Origin: a bacterium
Lineage (GTDB): Bacteria > Babelota > Babeliae > Babelales > JABCYS01
Direction of reading: 5' to 3'
DNA length: 29,462 nt
NCBI GenBank assembly: GCA_027452085.1
Contig: DAIDHG010000008.1
Coordinates: forward strand, 1-29,462
Both the position numbers and the translations under genes were made by a program. Positions 1 to 8,024 of this stretch are shown here, piece after piece. How positions within the stretch are numbered: the stretch's first letter is position 1; the number at the start of each line of letters is the position of its first letter. The notes beneath the pieces are model-generated. The model was not told the DNA's origin and did no database searches. It worked only from the letters and a program-made list of their open reading frames with translations.

Positions 1-272
1 ATGCCGAGGATTTCTTCTTCTCGGATGATAAGATAATCTTTGCCTGCGTCAGTGCCAGCATATTTACCAAAGTAAATAGTATCCCCAACTTTTACTTGAA
101 GTGGAATGATCTTATCACCGACTAAACGTCCTGACCCGACCGCAACAACCTTACCGGTTTGAGCTTTTTCTTTTGCATTTTCCGGGATATACAAGCCGCC
201 TGGAGTTTTATTCTCATCTTCCAAACGCTGCACAAGCACACGGTCATACAATGGTCGTATTTTTTCAAACAT
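1..272 (-). CDS. groES: Co-chaperonin GroES (3' end runs off the window)
   Basis: Not in the ORF track. Manual translation from ATG at 272 gives [49 protein letters not shown]...[15 protein letters not shown]...[11 protein letters not shown], with the Cpn10 motifs PLxDRV, GGLYIP, VAVGxG and KVGD. AAGGAG RBS lies just upstream. Confidence 0.97.
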   Translation of the reverse strand, partial: MFEKIRPLYDRVLVQRLEDENKTPGGLYIPENAKEKAQTGKVVAVGSGRLVGDKIIPLQVKVGDTIYFGKYAGTDAGKDYLIIREEEILG

Positions 273-459
273 TGGCAACTCCTTATACATATGTGTTTTT
301 TTATTGTTTTGTTGCTCATAAAAGGGAAATAAATTATATAACAACTTGCCCTCGACTGCCAATCACCCTCCCCCAAACATCAAAAAAAGCCTTTTACGAA
401 TAGGGTTTCTTCATCGCATCATCCATCATATAAGCCGATTTAATCGAGCATTAAACATA

Positions 460-487
460 TTGACACACCCAAAAAACTAGATAGTTT
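460..487 (+). promoter_or_regulatory. Candidate sigma70 promoter for the 531..1127 gene
   Basis: TTGACA (460-465), 16-nt spacer, TAGTTT (482-487), upstream of a GGAG RBS and ATG at 531. Confidence 0.45.
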
Positions 488-530
488 GTTTTTGCGTTAG
501 TATTTTTTATAACCTCTAAGGGAGTTGTTC

Positions 531-1127
531 ATGAACAAACTTTATATAGTGTTGGTAGCTGGCCTTTTGGCTGTCTCTACGGCTGCTGATGCAGCTCAGA
601 CGCGTAAGTCAAACCTTCAAACACGTCTTTCAGCACTGTGGGGCGCCGTAAAACGTAGCGGCCCAGGAAGCACATTATTCCAATATGGTGTTGGTGGTAC
701 CGCCTGGTACTTTGCCTCTAAAGAATTAGCCAAAAAAGGCTTTTTCAGCACAGATTATCCTACCTATGCAAGCTATCTTGTAGGTGGTGCTGGTGCCGGT
801 GAACTATTAGATGGTACCGTGCCAGGAGCTGCAACACTTGGTGATCTATCATCTGAGCTCGGTTTTCTTTATACCGTAGCTGATCTCATGGCAAATGAAT
901 TAGGCAAAAAGTTGCCTGAATACAAGAGCAATCCTGCCCTTGCAAAACTTGCTTATATGCTCATCGGCTACAAAGCGGTTAAGCTCGTGGCAACCTATGG
1001 CCCTGGCATTGCCTATGATGTCATCTCAAGCGAAGTAACTGCTCTGGCAAATGCTCTTGCAAATGCTGACAGTTGCGCAGCGTGCCCTCCGTGCGACCAA
1101 ACGGCTGCACAGGTTACCGCACTTTAA
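531..1127 (+). CDS. Hypothetical exported/membrane protein, Ala/Gly-rich, Cys-rich C-terminus
   Basis: ATG at 531 after GGAG. Signal peptide MNKLYIVLVAGLLAVSTAADA, several hydrophobic Gly-rich stretches, C-terminal CAACPPC. No family recognised. Confidence 0.8.
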   Translation: MNKLYIVLVAGLLAVSTAADAAQTRKSNLQTRLSALWGAVKRSGPGSTLFQYGVGGTAWYFASKELAKKGFFSTDYPTYASYLVGGAGAGELLDGTVPGAATLGDLSSELGFLYTVADLMANELGKKLPEYKSNPALAKLAYMLIGYKAVKLVATYGPGIAYDVISSEVTALANALANADSCAACPPCDQTAAQVTAL

Positions 1128-1152
1128 TTGTTGCAACATACAATTATTCAAC

Positions 1153-1184
1153 GGCCCTCGAATTTCTTCGGGGGCCATTTTTTT
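1153..1184 (+). terminator. Rho-independent terminator
   Basis: Stem GGCCCTCGAA / TTCGGGGGCC (one G-U pair), TTTC loop, followed by ATTTTTTT, just after the stop at 1127. Confidence 0.85.
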
Positions 1185-1201
1185 GCCTAAAAGGATTGAA
1201 T

Positions 1202-1903
1202 ATGAAACTTTTAATATACCCTTCATTAGCAGCCGCCGACCAGCTTAATCTGCAGCGGGAAATTGAACGCGTAGAAAATTACATCGATGGCTTTCATATA
1301 GACATTATGGACGACCATTTCGTGCCAAATGTGGCAATGAGCGTCGGCACCACAAATCAGATTGCACACGTCACAAAAAAACCACTATTTATTCATTTAA
1401 TGGTTGAATATGTTGCAGAGTTTATTGAGCGATTCCAACTACCTGCAGGAACCACCATATCATTCCATTCTCAACGGCTGGTTACTGAAGAGCAAGAAAC
1501 CGTGCCAGGGGTATGGACAGAAATGATCCCGACTATTGCCGGTGTATTTGAAAAAATTAAGCGCAGCAATTGGAAAGTAAGTATTGCGCTGTGTCCAGGG
1601 CAACCAATCAGCACCATAGCCCCTTTGTTGGCTCAGGTAGATAACGTGCTCGTCCTGTCAGTGATGCCCGGCTTTTCTGGCCAAGATTTCATGCCAATAT
1701 CACTGAATACTCTTGATGATCTTGTATTGCTACGCAAAGAAAACAATTTGAATTTCAGTATCGCAATCGATGGTGGCATCGACGCAAAAAACATTAACCA
1801 AGTAGCTTTGCACGGTGCCCATATTGTCTGCGTCGGATCAGGTATATTTGGCGAGCAAGACCCCGTGAAGGCTATTGAGCTTTTGCGTGAGCAAATTTCA
1901 TGA
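1202..1903 (+). CDS. rpe: Ribulose-phosphate 3-epimerase
   Basis: Start reassigned to ATG 1202 (MKLLIYPSL) after an AAAGGA RBS. Motifs PSL, HIDIMDDHFVPN, HLMV, LSVMPGFSGQDF, IDGGI and VGSGIF. Confidence 0.93.
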   Translation: MKLLIYPSLAAADQLNLQREIERVENYIDGFHIDIMDDHFVPNVAMSVGTTNQIAHVTKKPLFIHLMVEYVAEFIERFQLPAGTTISFHSQRLVTEEQETVPGVWTEMIPTIAGVFEKIKRSNWKVSIALCPGQPISTIAPLLAQVDNVLVLSVMPGFSGQDFMPISLNTLDDLVLLRKENNLNFSIAIDGGIDAKNINQVALHGAHIVCVGSGIFGEQDPVKAIELLREQIS

Positions 1904-1940
1904 TTAGTGAGGGGCCATTGGCTGACCCTTTTGGTTGCCT

Positions 1941-2867
1941 TTATTCTCGTTTTAGATTCTTTTGCATGCGCTTAAACACCCCGACCATGCCCGTTTTAAT
2001 ATCGGGCAGGTGAGGGAATTCACGCAATAATTTGCTTGCATCAAGCTCATTATTTGAGCGTTTGGCGGCAAGCACTCTATTTTGCTCTTCTATGGTAAAA
2101 TTTGCATAGGTAAAGGTTGGGTCAATATATTTTTTGTACAAATCCAATACTTCATTGTGCGAGATCACGCCGGGATTTACAAAATTATAATTTCCGGTGA
2201 GCTTGCGCTCGATCATAGTAGGAATCAATGGCAACAGATCATGCAAGATCGTCATCGAATTGGGAATATTAATGACCTTCTTATAGCCACTTATTTTGGT
2301 AATAAAGTTGCGTGGATGCAAATCATCAGAAATCGGCATGCGCAACCTCAGATTTAATACATTGGGATATGATTGGAGCATCGAATCCAAAAATATTTTG
2401 GTTTTTGAATAAAAAGATCCTGAAAAGTTTGGCTCATCCTCTTCAGTAAATGCGCGACCACCGATCTGATGATCGGCGTCATATTCATAAATACAACCAG
2501 TTCCCAGATTGGTAACGTGAATAGCATAATTGCACGCAATATCGGCCAGATTTAATGTGCCAATAATATTGGCGCGAATGGTTTCACGCTGATGTGTTTC
2601 ACACCAATCAACATTTGGCCTGCCGGTAACGCCTGCGGCATTCACAATACAATAGGGGCGGACCATGCGAATTTCCCGATCAATCGCCTCTCTATTTTCC
2701 AACCGGCTTTCAGCGCAAACAACATTGTATTTTTGTGCTTTGAACAGATCAACCAGTTTTTGGCTGATCCATCCGGTGTTGCCACCAAATATCAAAACTG
2801 TTTTTGTGGCCGACAGTTGAGCTGCCACTACCAGTAAGCTTGCCAAAATAATAGTACGTAGATGCAT
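1941..2867 (-). CDS. NDP-4-keto-6-deoxyglucose 3,5-epimerase/4-reductase (plant UER1/NRS-ER type) with N-terminal signal peptide
   Basis: Motifs NAAGVTGRPNVDWCE, TGCIYEYD, PNFSGSFYSKTK, LRLRMPIS, PRNFITKI, IPNSMTIL, NPGVISHNE and RSNNELDA match the eukaryotic bifunctional rhamnose epimerase-reductase family. Leader MHLRTIILASLLVVAAQLSA. Confidence 0.9.
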   Translation of the reverse strand: MHLRTIILASLLVVAAQLSATKTVLIFGGNTGWISQKLVDLFKAQKYNVVCAESRLENREAIDREIRMVRPYCIVNAAGVTGRPNVDWCETHQRETIRANIIGTLNLADIACNYAIHVTNLGTGCIYEYDADHQIGGRAFTEEDEPNFSGSFYSKTKIFLDSMLQSYPNVLNLRLRMPISDDLHPRNFITKISGYKKVINIPNSMTILHDLLPLIPTMIERKLTGNYNFVNPGVISHNEVLDLYKKYIDPTFTYANFTIEEQNRVLAAKRSNNELDASKLLREFPHLPDIKTGMVGVFKRMQKNLKRE

Positions 2868-2879
2868 AGCCTTGCTCTC

Positions 2880-4010
2880 CTAATATTTCACTTCAATGCC
2901 AAGCGGTGAACGAACTGGCACTTCCTTCATTGGCTCCATCTTTTTCCAGCGCGCTGGATGTGTTTTGTACCATTCAATTACTTCTTTCAAGCCATCTTCT
3001 AATGAGATAATCGGCTCCCATCCAAGCAGCTCTTTTGATTTTTGGGTTGAAGAGATGTGGCGCGCTACTTGACCAGGTCGGTCATTGGTAAAGACAAGCG
3101 ATTCTGGGGGAAGGTTGAAATGATTTTTGATGATAGTTGCAATATCTAATATTGAGGTGGCTTTGCCACTGCCGATATGGATCACTTGGTTTTTAATTTT
3201 ATTGAAATCTTTGCAATGTAATGCAGCATCTAAAGCACGAGCTACGTCTAACGTGTGTACCCAGTCGCGCTCTTGTGACCCATCGCCATGCACCTTAATC
3301 GCCTCACCTTTTATAGCCGCGGTAATAGCACGGGGAATAAATTTTTCTAAATGTTGCTGCGGGCCATAGTTATTGAATGGCCGGATGATCAGTGCTGGAA
3401 TATCAAAGGTACACCAATATGCATATACCAGTCGATCAGCACCAGCTTTTGCTGCAGCGTAGGGAGTTCTTGGATTAATGGGATGATTCTCATCCATGAG
3501 TTGCGACTCATCTTCAGCCGTGCCCAAAACTTCTGAGGTTGAGATATGAATAAAACGCTCCACCTTTTTGGCATGTTTTACTAATGACGCCATCATCACG
3601 CGCGTGCCCATTACATCAGTATCAAAAAATGTCGCATCATCGTAAATGCTTCTAGTTACATGTGATTCTGCCGCAAAATGAACCACCAAATCAGATTGAG
3701 CCATGATGCTATCAACTAAAAATGGATTGGTGACTGAGCCATAGACAAATTGAAAGCGAGGAGACTCTTGAATGTAATGAGGAATATTATCCAGTGATCC
3801 AGCATACGTCAGGATATCCAATACAATGAAATTATAGTTTGGATATTTATCAAACATATATTTAAGGAAATTGCTACCAATAAATCCGGCAGCTCCCGTT
3901 AAGAATACCGTTTTTTCATGAGCCGCTTCTTTGTTTGATAGCTCGACTGGCTTTGCTTGTGCACAGATTAAAAGCGCGAATAAAGATGATAGTAGATAGA
4001 CTCGTTTCAC
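2880..4010 (-). CDS. rmlB: NDP-glucose 4,6-dehydratase (RmlB/RfbB-like SDR) with N-terminal signal peptide
   Basis: Start reassigned to GTG 4010 after GGGAG. Motifs TGAAGFIGSNF, DILTYAG, HFAAESHV, YAAAK, NNYGP, GDGSQERDW and DRPG. Leader (M)KRVYLLSSLFALLICAQA. Catalytic segment reads STSEV rather than STDEV, so exact activity is uncertain. Confidence 0.85.
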   Translation of the reverse strand: MKRVYLLSSLFALLICAQAKPVELSNKEAAHEKTVFLTGAAGFIGSNFLKYMFDKYPNYNFIVLDILTYAGSLDNIPHYIQESPRFQFVYGSVTNPFLVDSIMAQSDLVVHFAAESHVTRSIYDDATFFDTDVMGTRVMMASLVKHAKKVERFIHISTSEVLGTAEDESQLMDENHPINPRTPYAAAKAGADRLVYAYWCTFDIPALIIRPFNNYGPQQHLEKFIPRAITAAIKGEAIKVHGDGSQERDWVHTLDVARALDAALHCKDFNKIKNQVIHIGSGKATSILDIATIIKNHFNLPPESLVFTNDRPGQVARHISSTQKSKELLGWEPIISLEDGLKEVIEWYKTHPARWKKMEPMKEVPVRSPLGIEVKY

Positions 4011-4139
4011 GTCAAATTCTCCCACACTTGAGAAATAGTTCTTACAAAACGCCGCACACAATAGCGCAAAATAAGTTAATTTCCTAGTTGGAACAGATTA
4101 ACCAATCTGTTATGAAAAATCGCTCTGATAAACAGTTTT

Positions 4140-4874
4140 TTACATCGCCACGGCATGAACGATGCGAGAAGGGCCAGATGAACGTAATGTTTCTTCGTAG
4201 ATCTTTTCAAACTTAAACCCCGCACGCCGCAGCATAAGCTCGATTTCTTTATCGTTGTACCAGGTGATACGAATAAGCTCTTTTTCAGATGATTGCACGG
4301 TGCCATCAACTAACAGTTCATATAAACAGTAGGCATCAGCTAATTTTTTTGCCACATCATATATATGGCGCATAGTAAGCCGAATCACTCTATGCTCATC
4401 GAGCCGCGCGGTACGGACAATCCAAGGATCATTTGTAACGTCTGGGATATAGGTATCGATAAGAATACTCGCGCCCTCGTTCATATGAGCACGAATATTT
4501 TTAAGACAGTGCAATGCAACTGATTTGTCGGTTATGAGCTGAAACGAAGCAACAGCAATGGTCACCAGATCATACCGTAGGGGAATAGCCATCTGCTCTA
4601 ACGATTGCTCATAGAGAACAGGCGACAGGCCAAGTTGCGCACAACGCTGCCGACAGTTGGCTAGCATGCTTTTGGCGTTATCAATGCCATCGACCTGATA
4701 GCCGCGTTGCATAAAAGGAATCATTAAACGGCCAGATCCGCACATTGCTTCAAGAATACGTGCCTGCGGATCTTTAATAAAAGCGGCATAAAAATCAACT
4801 TCACGCTGCGGCGCCAAGCCTTTGGTAGCATCGTAGAATATGCTACAAAGATTACCGTAGGATGGTAGAGACAT
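4140..4874 (-). CDS. Class I SAM-dependent methyltransferase
   Basis: Motif I ILEAMCGSGR, then VDGID and YDLV. No signal peptide. Confidence 0.85.
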   Translation of the reverse strand: MSLPSYGNLCSIFYDATKGLAPQREVDFYAAFIKDPQARILEAMCGSGRLMIPFMQRGYQVDGIDNAKSMLANCRQRCAQLGLSPVLYEQSLEQMAIPLRYDLVTIAVASFQLITDKSVALHCLKNIRAHMNEGASILIDTYIPDVTNDPWIVRTARLDEHRVIRLTMRHIYDVAKKLADAYCLYELLVDGTVQSSEKELIRITWYNDKEIELMLRRAGFKFEKIYEETLRSSGPSRIVHAVAM

Positions 4875-4877
4875 ACA

Positions 4878-6143
4878 CTATTCAATAAAGGTCAAAGCCT
4901 GTCCAACTTTATTGGCACGGCCGGTTCGACCGATGCGGTGAATGTAGTCTTCATATGATTGTGGCATATCAAAATTGATCACATGAGACACATCATCAAT
5001 ATCGATACCACGGGCAACTACGTCGGTCGCCAGAAGCACTTTTACTCGGTTGGCCTTGAAGTTTTCAAGAGCCTTCTTTCGCTGGGCTTGCGATTTATCA
5101 CCGTGGATCGCCGCGATTCTAAAGCCACGCTCTAAAAGCATCTTTGACAACCGGTCAGCTGCACGTTTGGTACGAGCAAACACGATAACCTTAGTAAAGT
5201 CTGGTTTAATGAGTAGATCATGCAACATATCTACCTTCTTGCTCAAACCACCTTCCACTCTAATGACATCCTGGTTTACGTTTTCAGCAGATTGGCGAGT
5301 CTTTACGCTGATCGACATTGGATTGCGCAAGAATTGGCGAGCAATTTCTTGTGTTTCCTTTGATACCGTTGCCGAGAAGAACAATGAATGACGAGTTTCA
5401 GGCAATTTTGAAATAATGTATTTGATATCATGAATGAAGCCCATATCGAGCATGGTATCAACTTCATCAAGCACAATAGAGGTAAAGCTTGCAAAATTAA
5501 GCTGACCTTGTTGCTCCAGATCCTTCAAGCGGCCTGGCGTACCAATCACAAATGCCGGCTTACGCTTCAGGCGTTCAATTTGACCATAGATATTAACGCC
5601 ACCGATGCACAAGGCAGATCCTAATGGCATACCGGCTTTAAAAGTTTCCAGCTCAGCCTGAATTTGTGCTGCAAGCTCACGAGTTGGGGCAATAATAAGA
5701 ACTCGAGAGGTTTTTTGGGTGAGCATATTGTTCACCAATGGCACCAAGAATGCCGCGGTTTTACCAGTACCAGTATTTGCGGTACCAACCACGTCTTTCT
5801 GTTCAAGAAGCAGAGGTATAGCTTGATCTTGAATCGGCGTAGGTGAAACGTAGCCTTTACGAGCAATATTCTTCTTAAGATGATCGGCGATTGGAAAGTC
5901 GGCAAAGGCATGCTTTGGCGTGTATACCGGAGCTGCCACCGTCTCTTCAACACGTTTGATAAAATCAGATGGGTTAAATTTCTTTATCGGTTTACCTTTT
6001 GACCCACCATTATGAGTGCGACCGCCACCAAAGCTAGGGCGACCAAAGCCACCTGGTTTACGACCAAAAAATTTCTTCTTTTTTCCAAATCTCGATTCTT
6101 GAGAGCCAAAATTAGAGACAGGTGTTCGTGATGATTGTGTCAT
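4878..6143 (-). CDS. DEAD-box ATP-dependent RNA helicase (DEVD variant)
   Basis: Q motif PTPIQ, TGTGKT, PTRELA, TPGRL, DEVD, SAT, HGD, ARGID and HRIGRTGR. Basic Gly/Lys/Arg/Phe-rich N-terminal tail. Confidence 0.95.
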   Translation of the reverse strand: MTQSSRTPVSNFGSQESRFGKKKKFFGRKPGGFGRPSFGGGRTHNGGSKGKPIKKFNPSDFIKRVEETVAAPVYTPKHAFADFPIADHLKKNIARKGYVSPTPIQDQAIPLLLEQKDVVGTANTGTGKTAAFLVPLVNNMLTQKTSRVLIIAPTRELAAQIQAELETFKAGMPLGSALCIGGVNIYGQIERLKRKPAFVIGTPGRLKDLEQQGQLNFASFTSIVLDEVDTMLDMGFIHDIKYIISKLPETRHSLFFSATVSKETQEIARQFLRNPMSISVKTRQSAENVNQDVIRVEGGLSKKVDMLHDLLIKPDFTKVIVFARTKRAADRLSKMLLERGFRIAAIHGDKSQAQRKKALENFKANRVKVLLATDVVARGIDIDDVSHVINFDMPQSYEDYIHRIGRTGRANKVGQALTFIE

Positions 6144-6264
6144 GTATTTTCCCTACTGGGCTGTTGTGCCCGGCAGGAGATGTACCCGACGACGCTTCGA
6201 TCATACGAGGCATGGGTGGATTGGCTTCCGCTGAGCTCATGTTGTTAATAGATTAGTGGTATGC

Positions 6265-6292
6265 AGTATAGGGAAAGCTGATAATCGTGCAA
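6265..6292 (-). promoter_or_regulatory. Candidate sigma70 promoter of the helicase gene
   Basis: Minus strand reads TTGCAC (6292-6287), 16-nt spacer, TATACT (6270-6265), about 120 nt upstream of the ATG. Confidence 0.55.
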
Positions 6293-6336
6293 CCGCCCCC
6301 CCGGCACATTGGCCAATAAGCCTTGAAGCACCCCTG

Positions 6337-7125
6337 TTAAATCTTCAAGCCCAGATCGTCGGCCAATGCCTTAATCTCCTGGTAGTATTGATCCAGTGGG
6401 CGCACCATATGGGCATCTATATAGTAGTTCTTGCTGAGCCTGGTTTTATTGTAGATCCAATTGGCTCTATCAATCCGGCGAGACTCCATGCTCGTGTGGC
6501 CTAAAAAGACACAATGATCATTAAGCCCCTGCCAATTACGAATATAGGCCGTGAGGAGAATCTCATCGGTATGCCATCCCAATCCCTTTTCCACCCATGC
6601 TTTGATAAGTATTGGAATATGCGTTACTGAATTAAAACGAAAGATAGATTTAAAGACCGAGCCCTTGCCAGCGTTATAGCACATCGGAAACCGCTTAGAT
6701 CCTGGGCCGTAGGCCTTATCCCGATACACCACAAAGCTATCATCGGGGATATCCTGTATCGAATCAAAAAAATAGTCCCGATTGAGCGGCAGCATATCAA
6801 TATCAGATATGATGCATACCTCGTCTTCAAAATATGCCGGTGCCAAAAGACGCACACATTGCGCATACGTTGCCGTGGGCACCCCTGAAATTGGTTTTAG
6901 TCGAATCACATCGCCAACCGTTTCATCAACTTTTACATCCTCATCGGCAATCAAAATTAAGGTTGGTCGCACACCAATGAGCTGCTGCCATGCTCGGGCA
7001 ACCAAAGGCCAAAACTGTAGGTAGGTTGGGTTTGCATCACTTGCCAAAATCACCCGATCAAGCTGTAGCCCAAAGGCATTAAAAGCTGACACGAGCAAAA
7101 GAAAAGATAGAATCTGCTTTTTCAT
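6337..7125 (-). CDS. Putative GT-A-like glycosyltransferase (DXD) with signal peptide
   Basis: Leader MKKQILSFLLLVSAFNAFG, hydrophobic strand followed by IISDIDMLPL, W-x-TDE, glyco-cluster context. Family not identified. Confidence 0.55.
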   Translation of the reverse strand: MKKQILSFLLLVSAFNAFGLQLDRVILASDANPTYLQFWPLVARAWQQLIGVRPTLILIADEDVKVDETVGDVIRLKPISGVPTATYAQCVRLLAPAYFEDEVCIISDIDMLPLNRDYFFDSIQDIPDDSFVVYRDKAYGPGSKRFPMCYNAGKGSVFKSIFRFNSVTHIPILIKAWVEKGLGWHTDEILLTAYIRNWQGLNDHCVFLGHTSMESRRIDRANWIYNKTRLSKNYYIDAHMVRPLDQYYQEIKALADDLGLKI

Positions 7126-7127
7126 AT

Positions 7128-8024
7128 TTATCCAATTAAGCAGTTTTTGACTGCATCGGGATTGACGATTAATGAATCCAGTTGCTTGTGTCGAAATTGA
7201 AAATATTTATCTAAATGGAAGCTCTTTTCACCTTTATAAAGGAAAATGCCTTCGGGCCCATCGGCATACGCCCGATGAACAAGGTAGCCAAGTTGATGTG
7301 CGCGCACACTAAACAACACTTGATCATGACGGGCATTGCCGAAACCTAATGCGGAGGTACCATCATCTTCAAACCACTGTAAATCATGTGCCAAACGATA
7401 TATGGGCATTACGTAATCATTCAACACTTTTTTAGACACCCCTTGGCAGCCGGCGGATATGGCGCGCTGCTTTAAAATCCATTGATTTTCAGGCTTGTGC
7501 AACTCAAATCCTTTTATGACTCGCTTGGTGATCACTGGGGCAATCTCGTGCCCACATTCCATTAAAAAATAGCCGTCACGGGCAATGAGATTAAACATGT
7601 CATCTACCGGGCCGGCCAAGCGAATACCAGAATCGACGTACATAAAGTAGGGCAAGCGCTCGAGTGCTTGTTTGATAGCAACCGGTTTCCATGCATACCA
7701 ACCGCGAGCAAGGCGCCCGTTGGGCCGAATGACAAACTTTTTCAGCAGATCACCATGCACTAATTCAATGGATTCGACTTTCGCCTGATAATGGGTTTCA
7801 AGGTAGGTGATCTCTTCTTGCTTAAGCCCGAGATCATATATGAGAGTAAAATGTTCACTAGAACCATGAAAGGTAACAATCGAATCTAATAAACGCAGCA
7901 ACCAGGGATAATGCTCAGTATCCGAGCTAGTCACAAAATATTTTGAACCTTTAAATGTGCTTACTCCAGCATCTATTGGAATAGCACATACAAGAGATAT
8001 CAGTAGTAATAAAACACCAATCAT
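7128..8024 (-). CDS. DUF1647-like putative glycosyltransferase with signal peptide
   Basis: Motifs IYDLGL, YAWKP, YVDSG and RHDQ resemble DUF1647-type proteins. Leader MIGVLLLLISLVCAIPIDA. Confidence 0.6.
   Translation of the reverse strand: MIGVLLLLISLVCAIPIDAGVSTFKGSKYFVTSSDTEHYPWLLRLLDSIVTFHGSSEHFTLIYDLGLKQEEITYLETHYQAKVESIELVHGDLLKKFVIRPNGRLARGWYAWKPVAIKQALERLPYFMYVDSGIRLAGPVDDMFNLIARDGYFLMECGHEIAPVITKRVIKGFELHKPENQWILKQRAISAGCQGVSKKVLNDYVMPIYRLAHDLQWFEDDGTSALGFGNARHDQVLFSVRAHQLGYLVHRAYADGPEGIFLYKGEKSFHLDKYFQFRHKQLDSLIVNPDAVKNCLIG

Noticed and set aside
336..362. Possible CIRCE (HrcA operator) upstream of groES; GACTGCCAA at 354-362 resembles one arm
   Set aside because: The partner arm at 9-nt spacing reads ATATAACAA, so the inverted repeat is incomplete.
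122..403. ORF-track entries 122..376 (-) and 173..403 (+)
   Set aside because: They overlap the real groES frame and its promoter region and have no recognisable motifs.
1073..1201. N-terminal extension of rpe in the ORF track
   Set aside because: It overlaps the previous gene and its terminator; ATG 1202 has an RBS and matches the family start.
1904..1940. Possible bidirectional terminator between rpe and the epimerase-reductase
   Set aside because: The stem is short and interrupted, so it cannot be supported.
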